The position numbers and the translations under genes are program-made. Positions 20,105 through 30,372 of a stretch of 64,000 nucleotides of DNA are shown here, piece by piece. The DNA is from a virus, in the IMG/VR virus record IMGVR_UViG_3300023174_000064, positions 32,001 through 96,000 of that record; one strand, written 5' to 3'. Position 1 is the stretch's first letter. Each line of letters begins with the position of its first letter. The notes under the pieces were generated by a model. It was not told the DNA's origin and searched no databases. It saw nothing but the letters and a program-made list of their open reading frames with translations.

Positions 20105-21013
20105 TCATATTAAAAATCCACGTTCTATTAATTTTTTATTATTTAATTGAATTAATTTATCAAATTTACTGTTTGGCATTACTTTTTTATTTTTATTTGC
20201 ACTATTATGCCAATGCCAAGCAAAACAATCTAAAAACATATATTTGTCTGGGCAATCAATTTCAAACCACAATGCATCCCGTTGTTGACTCAATGGTTCA
20301 TCGATTATACTAATTAACCATTCTATATTAAAAAAAGAACCAGGTAAAATTGTATACTTGTATTTTTGATATACCCTAGCAAACATATCCTTTCCCCATA
20401 TAGTTGAACCACCACGAATAGGCATATTTGGTATTTCTTTAATTAGATACTGTGAAAATTCACTATTTTTCTTCAAAGAAAGAACTGTAGCACAAGCACC
20501 TTCAATTTCATAATCTACTGCCGAACCCCATTGATACATGTATTCTTGATCTAATAATGGTTTAAAATCTTTCAATAAAATAACATCCATATCAATCCAA
20601 ATCCCTCCATACTTATGGAGAGCAAGAATACGCAATAAATCACTTTGAAGATAGTGTAAATTGTCTTTGGCTAAAAGACGATCTAATTGACCTTCTAACA
20701 CTGTCCCTTTTGCTTCTTCTATTGGATCGTATATTTTAAATATAATTTGATCTTTGAATGGGGCCAGACATTCTAAATTTTCAATAGAATAATCCGACCA
20801 AAGTATTAAGTTTGTTTTTTGTAAATTTTGTGTAGCAAAATATGATTTGATGCACTCTAATTCTTTTTCTGTCTTTAATTCGCTATAAACATGAAAGTTT
20901 ACCTTTTCTTCGGGATAATCATAATCACTTTGATTTATATTTTTTAAATATTCATAACAATCTAGATAATTACGATATAAATTATAATGAGTTTCTTTTG
21001 AAATATTAATCAT
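20105..21013 (-). CDS. GT32-like glycosyltransferase (DxD sugar-binding region)
   Basis: SDLLRILALHKYGGIWIDMDVI. Confidence 0.85.
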   Translation of the reverse strand: MINISKETHYNLYRNYLDCYEYLKNINQSDYDYPEEKVNFHVYSELKTEKELECIKSYFATQNLQKTNLILWSDYSIENLECLAPFKDQIIFKIYDPIEEAKGTVLEGQLDRLLAKDNLHYLQSDLLRILALHKYGGIWIDMDVILLKDFKPLLDQEYMYQWGSAVDYEIEGACATVLSLKKNSEFSQYLIKEIPNMPIRGGSTIWGKDMFARVYQKYKYTILPGSFFNIEWLISIIDEPLSQQRDALWFEIDCPDKYMFLDCFAWHWHNSANKNKKVMPNSKFDKLIQLNNKKLIERGFLI

Positions 21014-21852
21014 ATATTTTCCATTATTTGTATAATACTATTATCTTCTTCATCGTATATTAAATTAATAGATTCTGCTTGAGGAAAATCTCTAAAATGA
21101 AATATTCTAATTTTATTCTTATCAGCTGCCATCAAAGTATCGTCTGGTCTATTAATTTTATCAGATAGAAGTTTTACGTTTTCTTTGTGGTAATCTTCTG
21201 TTGTTCTAATATCACCAGAATGAACGCTCGTTCCTATACTGTCACATCTATTGGCTAATACACAGATTTTTGTTCTTCCCTTAAATTCTCCAGTTTTATT
21301 AAATCTAGTATTTTCCGACCATCTTTGATTGCTTTGCAGATAAACTGGAACATTTTTTATAAACTTTTTTGATGGTGGTGGTTTCATATCAAACGAGGGA
21401 ATTAAAAATCTATCATATTTTTTAAAATTAATATCTGATAATACTTGTTTTATATAGTCGTCATCACAAGGAACTAAATATTCATCAACATCTAAAAAAA
21501 ATACTATATGAATATCGTCTTCGGATTCAATTGTTTGTTTTGTATTCCATTCGTTTTTAATAAAATGTAAACCATTATTATAACTTCTGCATATTCTTTG
21601 ATATAGATCTTCATTGCATGCGTAATCATTTCCGCTATTATAATAAATGTTAGTTACCTGAGTTTTATCAGAACATATTAATGATACACTAGTATCAGTG
21701 GATATAATATCATTTACTATTTTTTTAGTATTGTCTATAGACAAATCATCATAAATTAAAATTCTGTCTATGCCTATTTTTTTATGATATTTAATCCAAT
21801 CCAGAATACGATGTTCTTCGTTATAAATTTGTGCTATCAAACAGGTTTTCAT
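21010..21852 (-). CDS. GT2-like/GT92-like glycosyltransferase
   Basis: NE...I.DWIKYH..IGID.I.IYDD.S.D and FLDVDEYL. Confidence 0.8.
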   Translation of the reverse strand: MKTCLIAQIYNEEHRILDWIKYHKKIGIDRILIYDDLSIDNTKKIVNDIISTDTSVSLICSDKTQVTNIYYNSGNDYACNEDLYQRICRSYNNGLHFIKNEWNTKQTIESEDDIHIVFFLDVDEYLVPCDDDYIKQVLSDINFKKYDRFLIPSFDMKPPPSKKFIKNVPVYLQSNQRWSENTRFNKTGEFKGRTKICVLANRCDSIGTSVHSGDIRTTEDYHKENVKLLSDKINRPDDTLMAADKNKIRIFHFRDFPQAESINLIYDEEDNSIIQIMENI

Positions 21853-22394
21853 TTTTTATAAATCCAACATCCTTCTTGTGAAGTGATATTATCAAGTAAT
21901 TCATGAACAGCTTTATTAACTCCAGTCCAACCATAATCATGACCTGCTAAATAACCATTTTTCTTTATTTTTGGTAACCAACATTTTATATCTTCAAGCA
22001 CACATTCATACGAATGACAAGCATCAATAAAAACTACGTCTAAAGATTCGTCTTCAAATTGTTTACTTGCTTCTGTTGAATCCATTCTTAATGGAGTGAC
22101 TGCTGTTATAACCGGTTTTATATTTTCCATGAAAACATCATATAAAGTATTGGTTTTGATATAATGATCGTTTTTATGTTCTTCTGAACCTAACCAAGTA
22201 TCAACTGCATAAAATTTAATATTTTTTGCAGAATTTATAATTTCTACAGCAAGATATGCTGTACTTTTTCCTTTCCAACAACCAACTTCAACAATAGTTG
22301 AATCATTAGGTAAAGAAGAAACAAAAAAAGAATATAATTGTGGGTATTCAAACCAATTTTCACCAAAATTTAAATTTTTATAAATGTGTTCCAT
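21849..22394 (-). CDS. class I SAM methyltransferase (Methyltransf_24-like)
   Basis: VEVGCWKGKS, AVDTW, FIDACHSYE.V..DI..W, GGY-like GYLAGHDY. Confidence 0.88.
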   Translation of the reverse strand: MEHIYKNLNFGENWFEYPQLYSFFVSSLPNDSTIVEVGCWKGKSTAYLAVEIINSAKNIKFYAVDTWLGSEEHKNDHYIKTNTLYDVFMENIKPVITAVTPLRMDSTEASKQFEDESLDVVFIDACHSYECVLEDIKCWLPKIKKNGYLAGHDYGWTGVNKAVHELLDNITSQEGCWIYKK

Positions 22395-22406
22395 ATTTTT
22401 CCTTAA

Positions 22407-23063
22407 TTAAATTTTCTTATTAATAAAAAGAGCATCACCGGCCAAATATGGGGTATATGGTTTATCTGTAGGATCTTCGTAATATTCTGCCATTTCAAAA
22501 CCAAATTCTCGTAAAACGGAAGATATATCTTGAAGTGTCGGACTACCAGGACGCCAATTTTTATCTATAACAACTTCAGTTATTATGTATTTTGTATTAT
22601 TTAATATTTTTTGATTCTTGAATGCTTCGTATTCTGCTCCTTCAATATCAGAGCAAATTAAATCTATTGTTTTAATATTTCTAATATCACATTCATAATC
22701 TAGTGTAGTGGTTTCTATTTGTTGCTTTATAGTTGGTAAATATTTGTGTTTGTAGATTGAAGAACTTCCTAATATTTCTGGACTATTTGAATCTATAGAC
22801 CAATAATCAACATGACCTCTGCTCGAATATAATGCTTTAGGAACAAATTCAATTTTTGTATTGTTTTTAAGTTTATTAATTTTTTCCTGACAAATAGATA
22901 TTAGCTGTGGATTACATTCAAAAGATATAAATGTATTTGGTTCATAATAAGAAATAATAGGTTCTATAAAAGAAGCATCATTAGTACCCAATTCAAAAAT
23001 AGTATTTATTTTTTCTTTTGAAATGTGTTTTGTAAATTGTTCAAATAAATATGGTATGTTCAC
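22407..23063 (-). CDS. FkbM-family methyltransferase
   Basis: IFELG, SFECNP, TTLD, IDLICSDIEGAE, GDALF; GTG start with SD AAGGA. Confidence 0.85.
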   Translation of the reverse strand: MNIPYLFEQFTKHISKEKINTIFELGTNDASFIEPIISYYEPNTFISFECNPQLISICQEKINKLKNNTKIEFVPKALYSSRGHVDYWSIDSNSPEILGSSSIYKHKYLPTIKQQIETTTLDYECDIRNIKTIDLICSDIEGAEYEAFKNQKILNNTKYIITEVVIDKNWRPGSPTLQDISSVLREFGFEMAEYYEDPTDKPYTPYLAGDALFINKKI

Positions 23064-23076
23064 TTAAATTGATCCT

Positions 23077-23544
23077 TTATTGATTTTTAATTTTTGATAT
23101 AATATCACTGGTAGAAAAATTTTTTATTTTAGGAAAAAAAATTAACTCTTTTGTGAATTCTTTTCCTATTATGTTTTTGTTTTTATATTCTTCGCCTATT
23201 ACCATTTTTGATGGATTTAAATCCGATATAATATTTGCCAATTCTTCATCAGTGTCGTATACAAAAACTCCATCTACATATTTTAGAGAAAGAAGCATAG
23301 AAATTCTAGAAATTTCATCATTGATTGGTCTATCTTTTCCTTTGTTAGTTTTTACTCTAAAATCTGAATCTAAACCAACAAATACTAAACAATTTTGTAA
23401 ACTGTTACTATATTCTCTACACTTAGATAATAATTCTAAATGTCCTAAATGTAGGACATCATAACAACCATTAGTCCATACAACATCGGTATAATGTGGT
23501 AAAGGACTCCAATCGCCAGCTTGTCCATAATAATTAATGCTCAT
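23077..23544 (-). CDS. nucleotidyltransferase (RfaE domain II / TagD-like cytidylyltransferase)
   Basis: TNGCYDVLHLGH (HxGH), VGLDSD, KG..RPIN, STS.II. Confidence 0.9.
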   Translation of the reverse strand: MSINYYGQAGDWSPLPHYTDVVWTNGCYDVLHLGHLELLSKCREYSNSLQNCLVFVGLDSDFRVKTNKGKDRPINDEISRISMLLSLKYVDGVFVYDTDEELANIISDLNPSKMVIGEEYKNKNIIGKEFTKELIFFPKIKNFSTSDIISKIKNQ

Positions 23545-23553
23545 GATATACTT

Positions 23554-24390
23554 TTATATATTATTTATTTGAGTTTTCCACCACGATATTTTTAATTTAT
23601 TAAAATTAAATTTTGTAGTTTGCATTTCTTCATATTTCTTATATAAAAACTCTTCAGTTATTTCTGACCATTGTTCAATAAAAACAATAGGAAGATCTTT
23701 AAAAAATCTATATGCTGGTTCGTATCGTACGATTGGAATCGTTTTAGAATACAAAGCTTCCCACAATCTATGTGTATCAACTCCATTACCACGAGGACAA
23801 AGAATAAATTTATGTTGTACCATATCATGCAAAAAAGATGATATATTAGTTTTATCATTATTATCGGAACAAATATTAAACCAAGTTTCGCCTTTTTTCT
23901 TTTTATCTAAAAATGCATGAAATAATGGTTGCCTTTCTGGTGGATGTGTTTCTTGTCTAAAATTAACATACAATAAATTATTTCTTTTATTATTTGTGTT
24001 TATTTTTTTAATATCATTTATTTTTGTGGTTATATTACAATACGAATTAGCTATTCCTAATGGGATAGGTATTATATCAGGATGTTCGTAAGTACTATTA
24101 ATTGCATACCAATTTGAAACATTTGATGGTTTGTATTTTACAATATCAGCGTTTATTGCAATATCAGAATTATGTGTTATAACATTTATATTTGTATATT
24201 GTTTATTATTATTTAAAATATAAAATAATTCATTTAAAGCGTATTCAGTTTTTGAAAATATTGTTATATTTGATTTTAAATTTAAATTTATACTTTGATC
24301 AAATGCTGTTGGTTTGTAATAATAATCACAAATAGATTTAAACGTCTCTCCCGAAACAAAATCATCTAATATATCATTTTTAAAATTCAT
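23554..24390 (-). CDS. exostosin/GT47-like glycosyltransferase
   Basis: THNSD, PIPLG, HKFILCPRGNGVDTHRLWEALY. Confidence 0.75.
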   Translation of the reverse strand: MNFKNDILDDFVSGETFKSICDYYYKPTAFDQSINLNLKSNITIFSKTEYALNELFYILNNNKQYTNINVITHNSDIAINADIVKYKPSNVSNWYAINSTYEHPDIIPIPLGIANSYCNITTKINDIKKINTNNKRNNLLYVNFRQETHPPERQPLFHAFLDKKKKGETWFNICSDNNDKTNISSFLHDMVQHKFILCPRGNGVDTHRLWEALYSKTIPIVRYEPAYRFFKDLPIVFIEQWSEITEEFLYKKYEEMQTTKFNFNKLKISWWKTQINNI

Positions 24391-24400
24391 ATAATTTGTT

Positions 24401-25072
24401 TTAATATAAAATTAATTTCCAGCTATTCTTTAATTTAAAAATTCCATTAGCTTTTCTAATATTATGAAATATACCAGATTTTACATTTAAAGATTGGGCT
24501 AAATGTATAAAAGAGCTGTCTATACAATGTACTTCTTGTGCTTCTTCAATTAGGCCACACCAATCTAATAAACAATCAGTTAATGGTGTAACAAATATTT
24601 TTTTAATATTATTATCAATCTTTAAATTAAATTTACAATCAGATCCTTCATTATGAATAAGAATAAAAGGTTCATTTTTTAAACCTAATTTATTTTTAAT
24701 TGTGTTTTCTCTTTTTACATTTCTATTTATTTTAAAATATTTCCATCTAATATCAAATGGTATTCCATTAGTTTCATAGAAAGAAACATCCCAATCATCT
24801 CTTGTTTTATGAAACCCAATAGAAATTATTTTATTACATTGTTTAATTTCTGGTAAACTATAAACGTCTTGATCATTGTTGACTTCTAGAGGCACTATTT
24901 TTGACTCATCATCATACATTTTTTTTACTGTAAAAATATTATTTTTTTTTGTTGGTAGATATAAAATATCTGGTTTTATTTGTTCGTTTATAAATCGAAC
25001 GAGGCCATTGCAAATTAAATGATCCCCTAAACCTAAATGATGATGGAGTAAAATGATATTTTTATTGTCCAT
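24401..25072 (-). CDS. putative GT-B glycosyltransferase (GT9-like motifs)
   Basis: HLGLGDHLI near the N-terminus, EA.EVHCIDSSF near the C-terminus. Confidence 0.55.
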   Translation of the reverse strand: MDNKNIILLHHHLGLGDHLICNGLVRFINEQIKPDILYLPTKKNNIFTVKKMYDDESKIVPLEVNNDQDVYSLPEIKQCNKIISIGFHKTRDDWDVSFYETNGIPFDIRWKYFKINRNVKRENTIKNKLGLKNEPFILIHNEGSDCKFNLKIDNNIKKIFVTPLTDCLLDWCGLIEEAQEVHCIDSSFIHLAQSLNVKSGIFHNIRKANGIFKLKNSWKLILY

Positions 25073-25793
25073 ACCATTTATTATTAAATAATTTTATAGA
25101 GTTTATTTGATCTTTTGGTATGCTAAGATGTGCCAATAAATCGTTTCTCACAAATATCATGTTACCGGTATGACACACGCAGCTATATCCTTTATTGATT
25201 CCTACTTTTAAAGAATCCATAAAACTATAACCTTTAGATTTATTATCTTGTTCTGCTGGAGCTAAACCACTATTAATCTCTATTATTACAATTTTAGGGG
25301 ACAGTTTATGTTCTTCCCAAATTTCATGATCATAAGAATCTATGTCTATATTTAAAATATCATAATTTGATGAAAATTGTTTAACTTGAGCTAAGGATTC
25401 GTCTAATGTTTTTATTTCTGCATTAAAATAAAATATATCACAATTTTCATGCATCGCTTTACAACCAGCATAACCTGCATCAACTTTAGCTTTATCTGAT
25501 ATTGCAGTAAAATGATTTAAAGCTATTACATTTGGATATACTTGTGGTAGATCTTGTAGTGATAGGTATTTTGGTTCACATGCCCCACCAACTAAGGAAG
25601 GCTCAATCATAACAGCATGACATCCTTGATTAATAAGATGCCGTACGTTACTGTATGCGATACCATCGTATGCACCAACATCTACAACCCACATATCAGG
25701 AATATTTAATCCTAATTCCTTGATTAGTTGTTCTAAGATTCCGTCTTCACCATTTTGACTGTATTTATTTTTTATAAAAGTATAATAATGCAT
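25062..25793 (-). CDS. FkbM-like methyltransferase
   Basis: YSQNGEDGIL, VDVGAYDG...SN, IEP, IDIDSYD, GNMIFVR; start placed at ATG 25793 (TAATG coupling). Confidence 0.8.
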   Translation of the reverse strand: MHYYTFIKNKYSQNGEDGILEQLIKELGLNIPDMWVVDVGAYDGIAYSNVRHLINQGCHAVMIEPSLVGGACEPKYLSLQDLPQVYPNVIALNHFTAISDKAKVDAGYAGCKAMHENCDIFYFNAEIKTLDESLAQVKQFSSNYDILNIDIDSYDHEIWEEHKLSPKIVIIEINSGLAPAEQDNKSKGYSFMDSLKVGINKGYSCVCHTGNMIFVRNDLLAHLSIPKDQINSIKLFNNKWYGQ

Positions 25794-26509
25794 TATATTA
25801 TCCACATATTTTCTGATTTAAACCACTCTATTTTTTGTTGAGTTCCTACACAAAAATTAGCATGAATTATTGTTTGTCCTAATCTTTCTTTTGGTCCATT
25901 ATTTGAAAAATATAAATGTCCATTTGTTGCAAATGTAGTTTCAAGTGTATTTAATTTTATATCACCTCTTGCTAAAATATGATTTAAAATTGCTTGATCA
26001 TGCCATTCACCAGAATCTGTTTTTATCTGTGCTAAATTATTTGCTATTTGTATAGCTTCTTGAAATAGTTGTTTTATTGTATTATTGTTTTTTAATAACA
26101 TTACTCCAGCACACCACCTTGATCCAACCGGTCTATCAGTTTGGCATATCATATCATGAGTATCGTTTTCAATTTGTTTTAATTTTTCTGTTGGGTCTTT
26201 TGCAAAAAATACATCAGAATCAATAAAAAATATATTTTCATTTATTTCATTTAAAGTGTCTAATATGCACTTCAATTTAATAAACATTATTAATTTAAAT
26301 TCTTGTGTTCCATAATCCCAATAATTTGATTTAAATTTATAAGACGTTTTTACAGTTACATTTTTTATATTTTTTTCTATAAAAAAATTTTCACTTTCAT
26401 CATCAAGACAAAACATAATCATTTCTTCGTCTGTAAATTTTCGAAGAGATAATATCATGTTGTATGACAATTCTAAAGAACCATTATTTGTAAAGGATAC
26501 ATATTTCAT
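25793..26509 (-). CDS. nucleotide-diphospho-sugar transferase (GT77-like)
   Basis: FIDSDVFF.KDP, CAG.M, HDQAILN, HANFC.G..K. Confidence 0.82.
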   Translation of the reverse strand: MKYVSFTNNGSLELSYNMILSLRKFTDEEMIMFCLDDESENFFIEKNIKNVTVKTSYKFKSNYWDYGTQEFKLIMFIKLKCILDTLNEINENIFFIDSDVFFAKDPTEKLKQIENDTHDMICQTDRPVGSRWCAGVMLLKNNNTIKQLFQEAIQIANNLAQIKTDSGEWHDQAILNHILARGDIKLNTLETTFATNGHLYFSNNGPKERLGQTIIHANFCVGTQQKIEWFKSENMWII

Positions 26510-26511
26510 AA

Positions 26512-27342
26512 TTAAGAACACTCGTTGAATATATTTATATACTTTTGTTTATCTATTTCAGTGATATATCTTTGTTTTCCAATATATTCATTATCATGAA
26601 ATATACCACAAGACGAACAACAATTTAAATGACAATGACCTTTACCATTCTCACCAAACCAGTGTGGATATTTTATTGGATCATTTTCTATACCACTATG
26701 CCATTCTGGAAATTTAATATTCCACCAACCTTGTCCTCTTAATCGTGGAATAGGAAATGGGTGTTTTATTTCATTTCTGTACATGTTGCCAAACCAATCA
26801 TCATGAACATAAGCTTTATCAATTATTCTTGGATAAATTTCTGATCGTAAAAATTTTTGATCTATTCCGTGATTATTATCGATTTCTTTTCTGGGATATT
26901 CTTGTATTAGATCCATCATTTCCGTTATTACGCCATTTCTGCATCCCCATGCGCCACCACAAATAGGCCAACCGTGTTGACAACAATCTCTTAGAATGTG
27001 AAAATCTTTATCACTATTTAACCATTCGTCTACTGCTGCTTTGTCGCGTATTGATAATCTAGAATCTGTATCTCTAGAAATCATAACATCCACGCTTGGA
27101 TCTGATGCTGGATAAAATCTCCAAAACATACCATTCCAGCTAACATCTTCATCCATCATAAACACTTCTGTATTTTTTCTGCCAGTTAATTCTTTTATTG
27201 CTATTTTTGGAACTGTTGGTGCAACATAATAACGACAAGTCCACCCTTCCCATTCTTTTTCTGCTATATCGGCATTTAAAATACCACCCATAATATAAAA
27301 TGGATTTTTACCCCACATAGAAAATGATATTACTTTTTTCAT
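26512..27342 (-). CDS. uncharacterised DxD protein (SRDTDSR family), probable GT-A glycosyltransferase
   Basis: ISFSMWG, MFWRF, SRDTDSR, FHILRD, GGAWG, DQ.FL; start at ATG 27342 (ATGA overlap). Confidence 0.6.
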   Translation of the reverse strand: MKKVISFSMWGKNPFYIMGGILNADIAEKEWEGWTCRYYVAPTVPKIAIKELTGRKNTEVFMMDEDVSWNGMFWRFYPASDPSVDVMISRDTDSRLSIRDKAAVDEWLNSDKDFHILRDCCQHGWPICGGAWGCRNGVITEMMDLIQEYPRKEIDNNHGIDQKFLRSEIYPRIIDKAYVHDDWFGNMYRNEIKHPFPIPRLRGQGWWNIKFPEWHSGIENDPIKYPHWFGENGKGHCHLNCCSSCGIFHDNEYIGKQRYITEIDKQKYINIFNECS

Positions 27343-28181
27343 TGATTTACTCTTTTTAAAATTTGATGACATACTGCATCTAATGTAAAATATTCAGGAT
27401 AAACTTGTTTTATCCGGTTTAACATGTTGTTGTGCTTTTCGTCTGAAATAGACTGTAATATGTTTTTTAAATTGCATATTTGGTTTTGTTTTATTATTAC
27501 ACAAAATTCAGACCAATCCAATTCATCAGACCAAGGAAGGTAGTGATCGTCACTTACATATACAGGAACTGCTCCTATTTGCATTGTTTCATATAATCTA
27601 AAACTACTTTTACCGTATCCTCTGGGGCATAATACAAATTTACTTCTGTTTGTTACATCTATAAAATGGTTTAGTTTATCTTCCGATACTGTTATATCCC
27701 AACCACCTTGTGTGAATAAAAAATCACTGTCTTGTTTGAACGTATTATATAATTCGTTTCGTATTCCATGCGTGGCAGAACCAACAAAAGAACAAAATAT
27801 GTCTTTTGTTTTTGGTTCTGGAACACGAATAGCAGAGCATATTAATGGAATAGGAATACAATTTGGTCCAGAATAATTTCCACCAGCAGAAAATACTTTG
27901 GTGTTTGGTGGTAATTTTTGAGCTGGAGCATCATCGTGTTGACTAACAGTATAGTAAGACAATTCAGGATTTAATGAATTTAAAAATGCTTGTAAGATAT
28001 TCCAAGGCATTCCGTTATTATAATAAGAAGTCCATAAAACTGGAATAAAAAATTTCTTAGTGTTTGGTTGATTTTTTATCAAAAACTCCATAAAATAATC
28101 TTCCAAATATAATCCTTGATGGTAAGGAGGATATGTTGGATAATTTGGTTTAGGTGCAAAAAAATCCAAAGTTATGTTCAT
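27339..28181 (-). CDS. exostosin/GT47-like glycosyltransferase
   Basis: SFVGS, SKFVLCPRGYGKSSFRLYETMQIGAVPVYVSD...LP. Confidence 0.85.
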   Translation of the reverse strand: MNITLDFFAPKPNYPTYPPYHQGLYLEDYFMEFLIKNQPNTKKFFIPVLWTSYYNNGMPWNILQAFLNSLNPELSYYTVSQHDDAPAQKLPPNTKVFSAGGNYSGPNCIPIPLICSAIRVPEPKTKDIFCSFVGSATHGIRNELYNTFKQDSDFLFTQGGWDITVSEDKLNHFIDVTNRSKFVLCPRGYGKSSFRLYETMQIGAVPVYVSDDHYLPWSDELDWSEFCVIIKQNQICNLKNILQSISDEKHNNMLNRIKQVYPEYFTLDAVCHQILKRVNQ

Positions 28182-28876
28182 GAACAAGTTCCTTTTTTAA
28201 ATTGTTCTCTATGATATGGATTTAATTGATAATCATTTCCGTTTTCATCAATACCAAAAGGTTCACCTATAAAATAATTATGTGGATCTTGTTCTCTTGA
28301 CATAGAAATAGGATGACCGCCAAGACGAGTACAGGTATCATGTATGTACACGTTTGTTTCTGGATTTAATAATGGACAAACATAAGACCATAAAAATTGT
28401 TGATCTACATTCTTGATATCGTTAAATATTGGTGTGGTTTCATAATGTTTTATCATTTCATTTATTGGTAATTTTACATTTTTAGCTCCCCAAGCTCCAC
28501 CCAACATAGGAACATCGTGACAGGGATGATCTCGTATTATATGAAACGATCTATTACTATTCAACCATTCATTTACGGCATATACTTCTCTTGGTCCGAT
28601 TCTAGAATCTGTATCTCTTGATAAAAATATGTTAATATCTTCTTGTAGTGGTAAGAATCTATAAGTCATTATATGTGAAGATCCTGGTCTATCTAAAACA
28701 ACAACTTCAGAATGTTTTTTTAATAAATTAATTTTTGATTCGTTAAAATCATTAGAAACATAAAATCTACAAATAAATCCTGGATAATAACGAGCAACCA
28801 GATCTATATTTTTCAATGCACCTTTAAAATAAAGATCATTTTCTCCCCAAAGACAATAACTTACAATATTTTTCAT
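28178..28876 (-). CDS. uncharacterised DxD protein (SRDTDSR family), paralog of 26512-27342
   Basis: VSYCLWG, YRFLP, SRDTDSR, FHIIRDHP.H, GGAWG, DQQFL. Confidence 0.6.
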   Translation of the reverse strand: MKNIVSYCLWGENDLYFKGALKNIDLVARYYPGFICRFYVSNDFNESKINLLKKHSEVVVLDRPGSSHIMTYRFLPLQEDINIFLSRDTDSRIGPREVYAVNEWLNSNRSFHIIRDHPCHDVPMLGGAWGAKNVKLPINEMIKHYETTPIFNDIKNVDQQFLWSYVCPLLNPETNVYIHDTCTRLGGHPISMSREQDPHNYFIGEPFGIDENGNDYQLNPYHREQFKKGTCS

Positions 28877-30372
28877 CGTTGTGTTTCGGTTATTTCTGGA
28901 TCGTAAAGATAATGATATAATATCTGTTCGATATTTGATTCTGTTTTAATTAATCCAGATTTAAACAATTTATCAGAATAATCACTATCTTCTGATAAAT
29001 TTATTTCTGGAAACATTATTTCTCTTGCCATACTAGTTTTTACTGGATTTAAATGATTTATAGGTCTGTATTGAATACCATCTTTTCTAAAATTACCACC
29101 ATTTTTATTGGCATGGCTGAATTGCATAACTAGTTGATTTTGAATATAATAATTACCATAAAATCCAACACAATCCACACCTTTTTCTAATTCTGGTAAA
29201 ATAGCAGTAAAATAATTATGACTAACCATATCATCATCGTCTATAAAGCAAACATATTTTCCTCTTGCTGTCATCAATACTTCATTTCTTTTTTCGCCTA
29301 CTTTTTTTTGTTTTTTATCTTTATTAACAAATATTTCTATTTTATGTGCTTGATCTGCAGGAATTATTTGTTTTAAATGATTTAAAAGTCTTGTTAAAAA
29401 ATGCTCTCTTCCTTCTATAGTAAGAATACCAACAGTCAATAATGTATCAGATACATTTATTTTTTGTTTGATTGTTTGTTCAACTCGTTTAGAAAAACTC
29501 TGTGCGTATTCTTTTGCCTTTTCAAAATTGTCCTCTATTTTAAATTTTAATTTTTTGTAAGTGGTTTCATCAATATTATTAACAATATGGACAAGCTCTT
29601 CTATTGAATTAAAAGTAAATAAACCACCAGTATCAAAATATTCTCCAATATTAGGACAACCAAAATATATTGGGATTGTTTTTGTGATTAAACAATCTAT
29701 TAATTTTTCAGAAAAATAATTTGGTTGAATACAGTTTTCCACAATAATAGAAAATTGTGAATAAAATAAATTATCCTTTTCTCCATTAGGAATATGACCA
29801 TCATGAAGAGTATCAGAGAATCCATTTACGTTAGTTGGAGATCTAGCACTAGACCAAAATACCGTAGGTTTATTTAAATTATTTTTATTGTTCCAGATGT
29901 CTCGACGCATCTCATAGCCAATCATACCACGATGTCCTGTAGCCATGAAGGATATTTGATATTTTTTATCTTTGTATTTTTCTTCTAAACCTTCTTCATA
30001 AACGCCTAAAGAATCTGGATGTTGTAATTCTATTTTATTTAACCAAGTACCACCGTAAAGAAATAAAGTAGAATTATCACAACTATTAAGTATTTCTTCA
30101 TCTGTACACATAATAAGATCATATTCGGATGCATGATCTATGATATCATTGATTCGTTCTTTATTTGGCGAACAAACAGGTTCGCTGGTTACAATTAAAA
30201 CTTTATATGCATTTAAATTTTTAAAAGGAACTTTATATCCTTGAGTGTTTGGAAAACGATATAAAGGAAATTTATTATTACCAAAACGAGCAGTATGTAT
30301 TTCTACTGGTCGATCAAAATCCATTAGATCCGAGCCTAACAGATAATCTGCATTAAAAATTGTTGGTTTCAT
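28873..30372 (-). CDS. GT10-like + GT2 fusion glycosyltransferase
   Basis: N-half FSIIVENC...NYFSEKLIDC....IPIYFG (GT10 motif); C-half G.KRN...ARGKYVCFIDDDD...SED (GT2). Confidence 0.85.
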   Translation of the reverse strand: MKPTIFNADYLLGSDLMDFDRPVEIHTARFGNNKFPLYRFPNTQGYKVPFKNLNAYKVLIVTSEPVCSPNKERINDIIDHASEYDLIMCTDEEILNSCDNSTLFLYGGTWLNKIELQHPDSLGVYEEGLEEKYKDKKYQISFMATGHRGMIGYEMRRDIWNNKNNLNKPTVFWSSARSPTNVNGFSDTLHDGHIPNGEKDNLFYSQFSIIVENCIQPNYFSEKLIDCLITKTIPIYFGCPNIGEYFDTGGLFTFNSIEELVHIVNNIDETTYKKLKFKIEDNFEKAKEYAQSFSKRVEQTIKQKINVSDTLLTVGILTIEGREHFLTRLLNHLKQIIPADQAHKIEIFVNKDKKQKKVGEKRNEVLMTARGKYVCFIDDDDMVSHNYFTAILPELEKGVDCVGFYGNYYIQNQLVMQFSHANKNGGNFRKDGIQYRPINHLNPVKTSMAREIMFPEINLSEDSDYSDKLFKSGLIKTESNIEQILYHYLYDPEITETQR

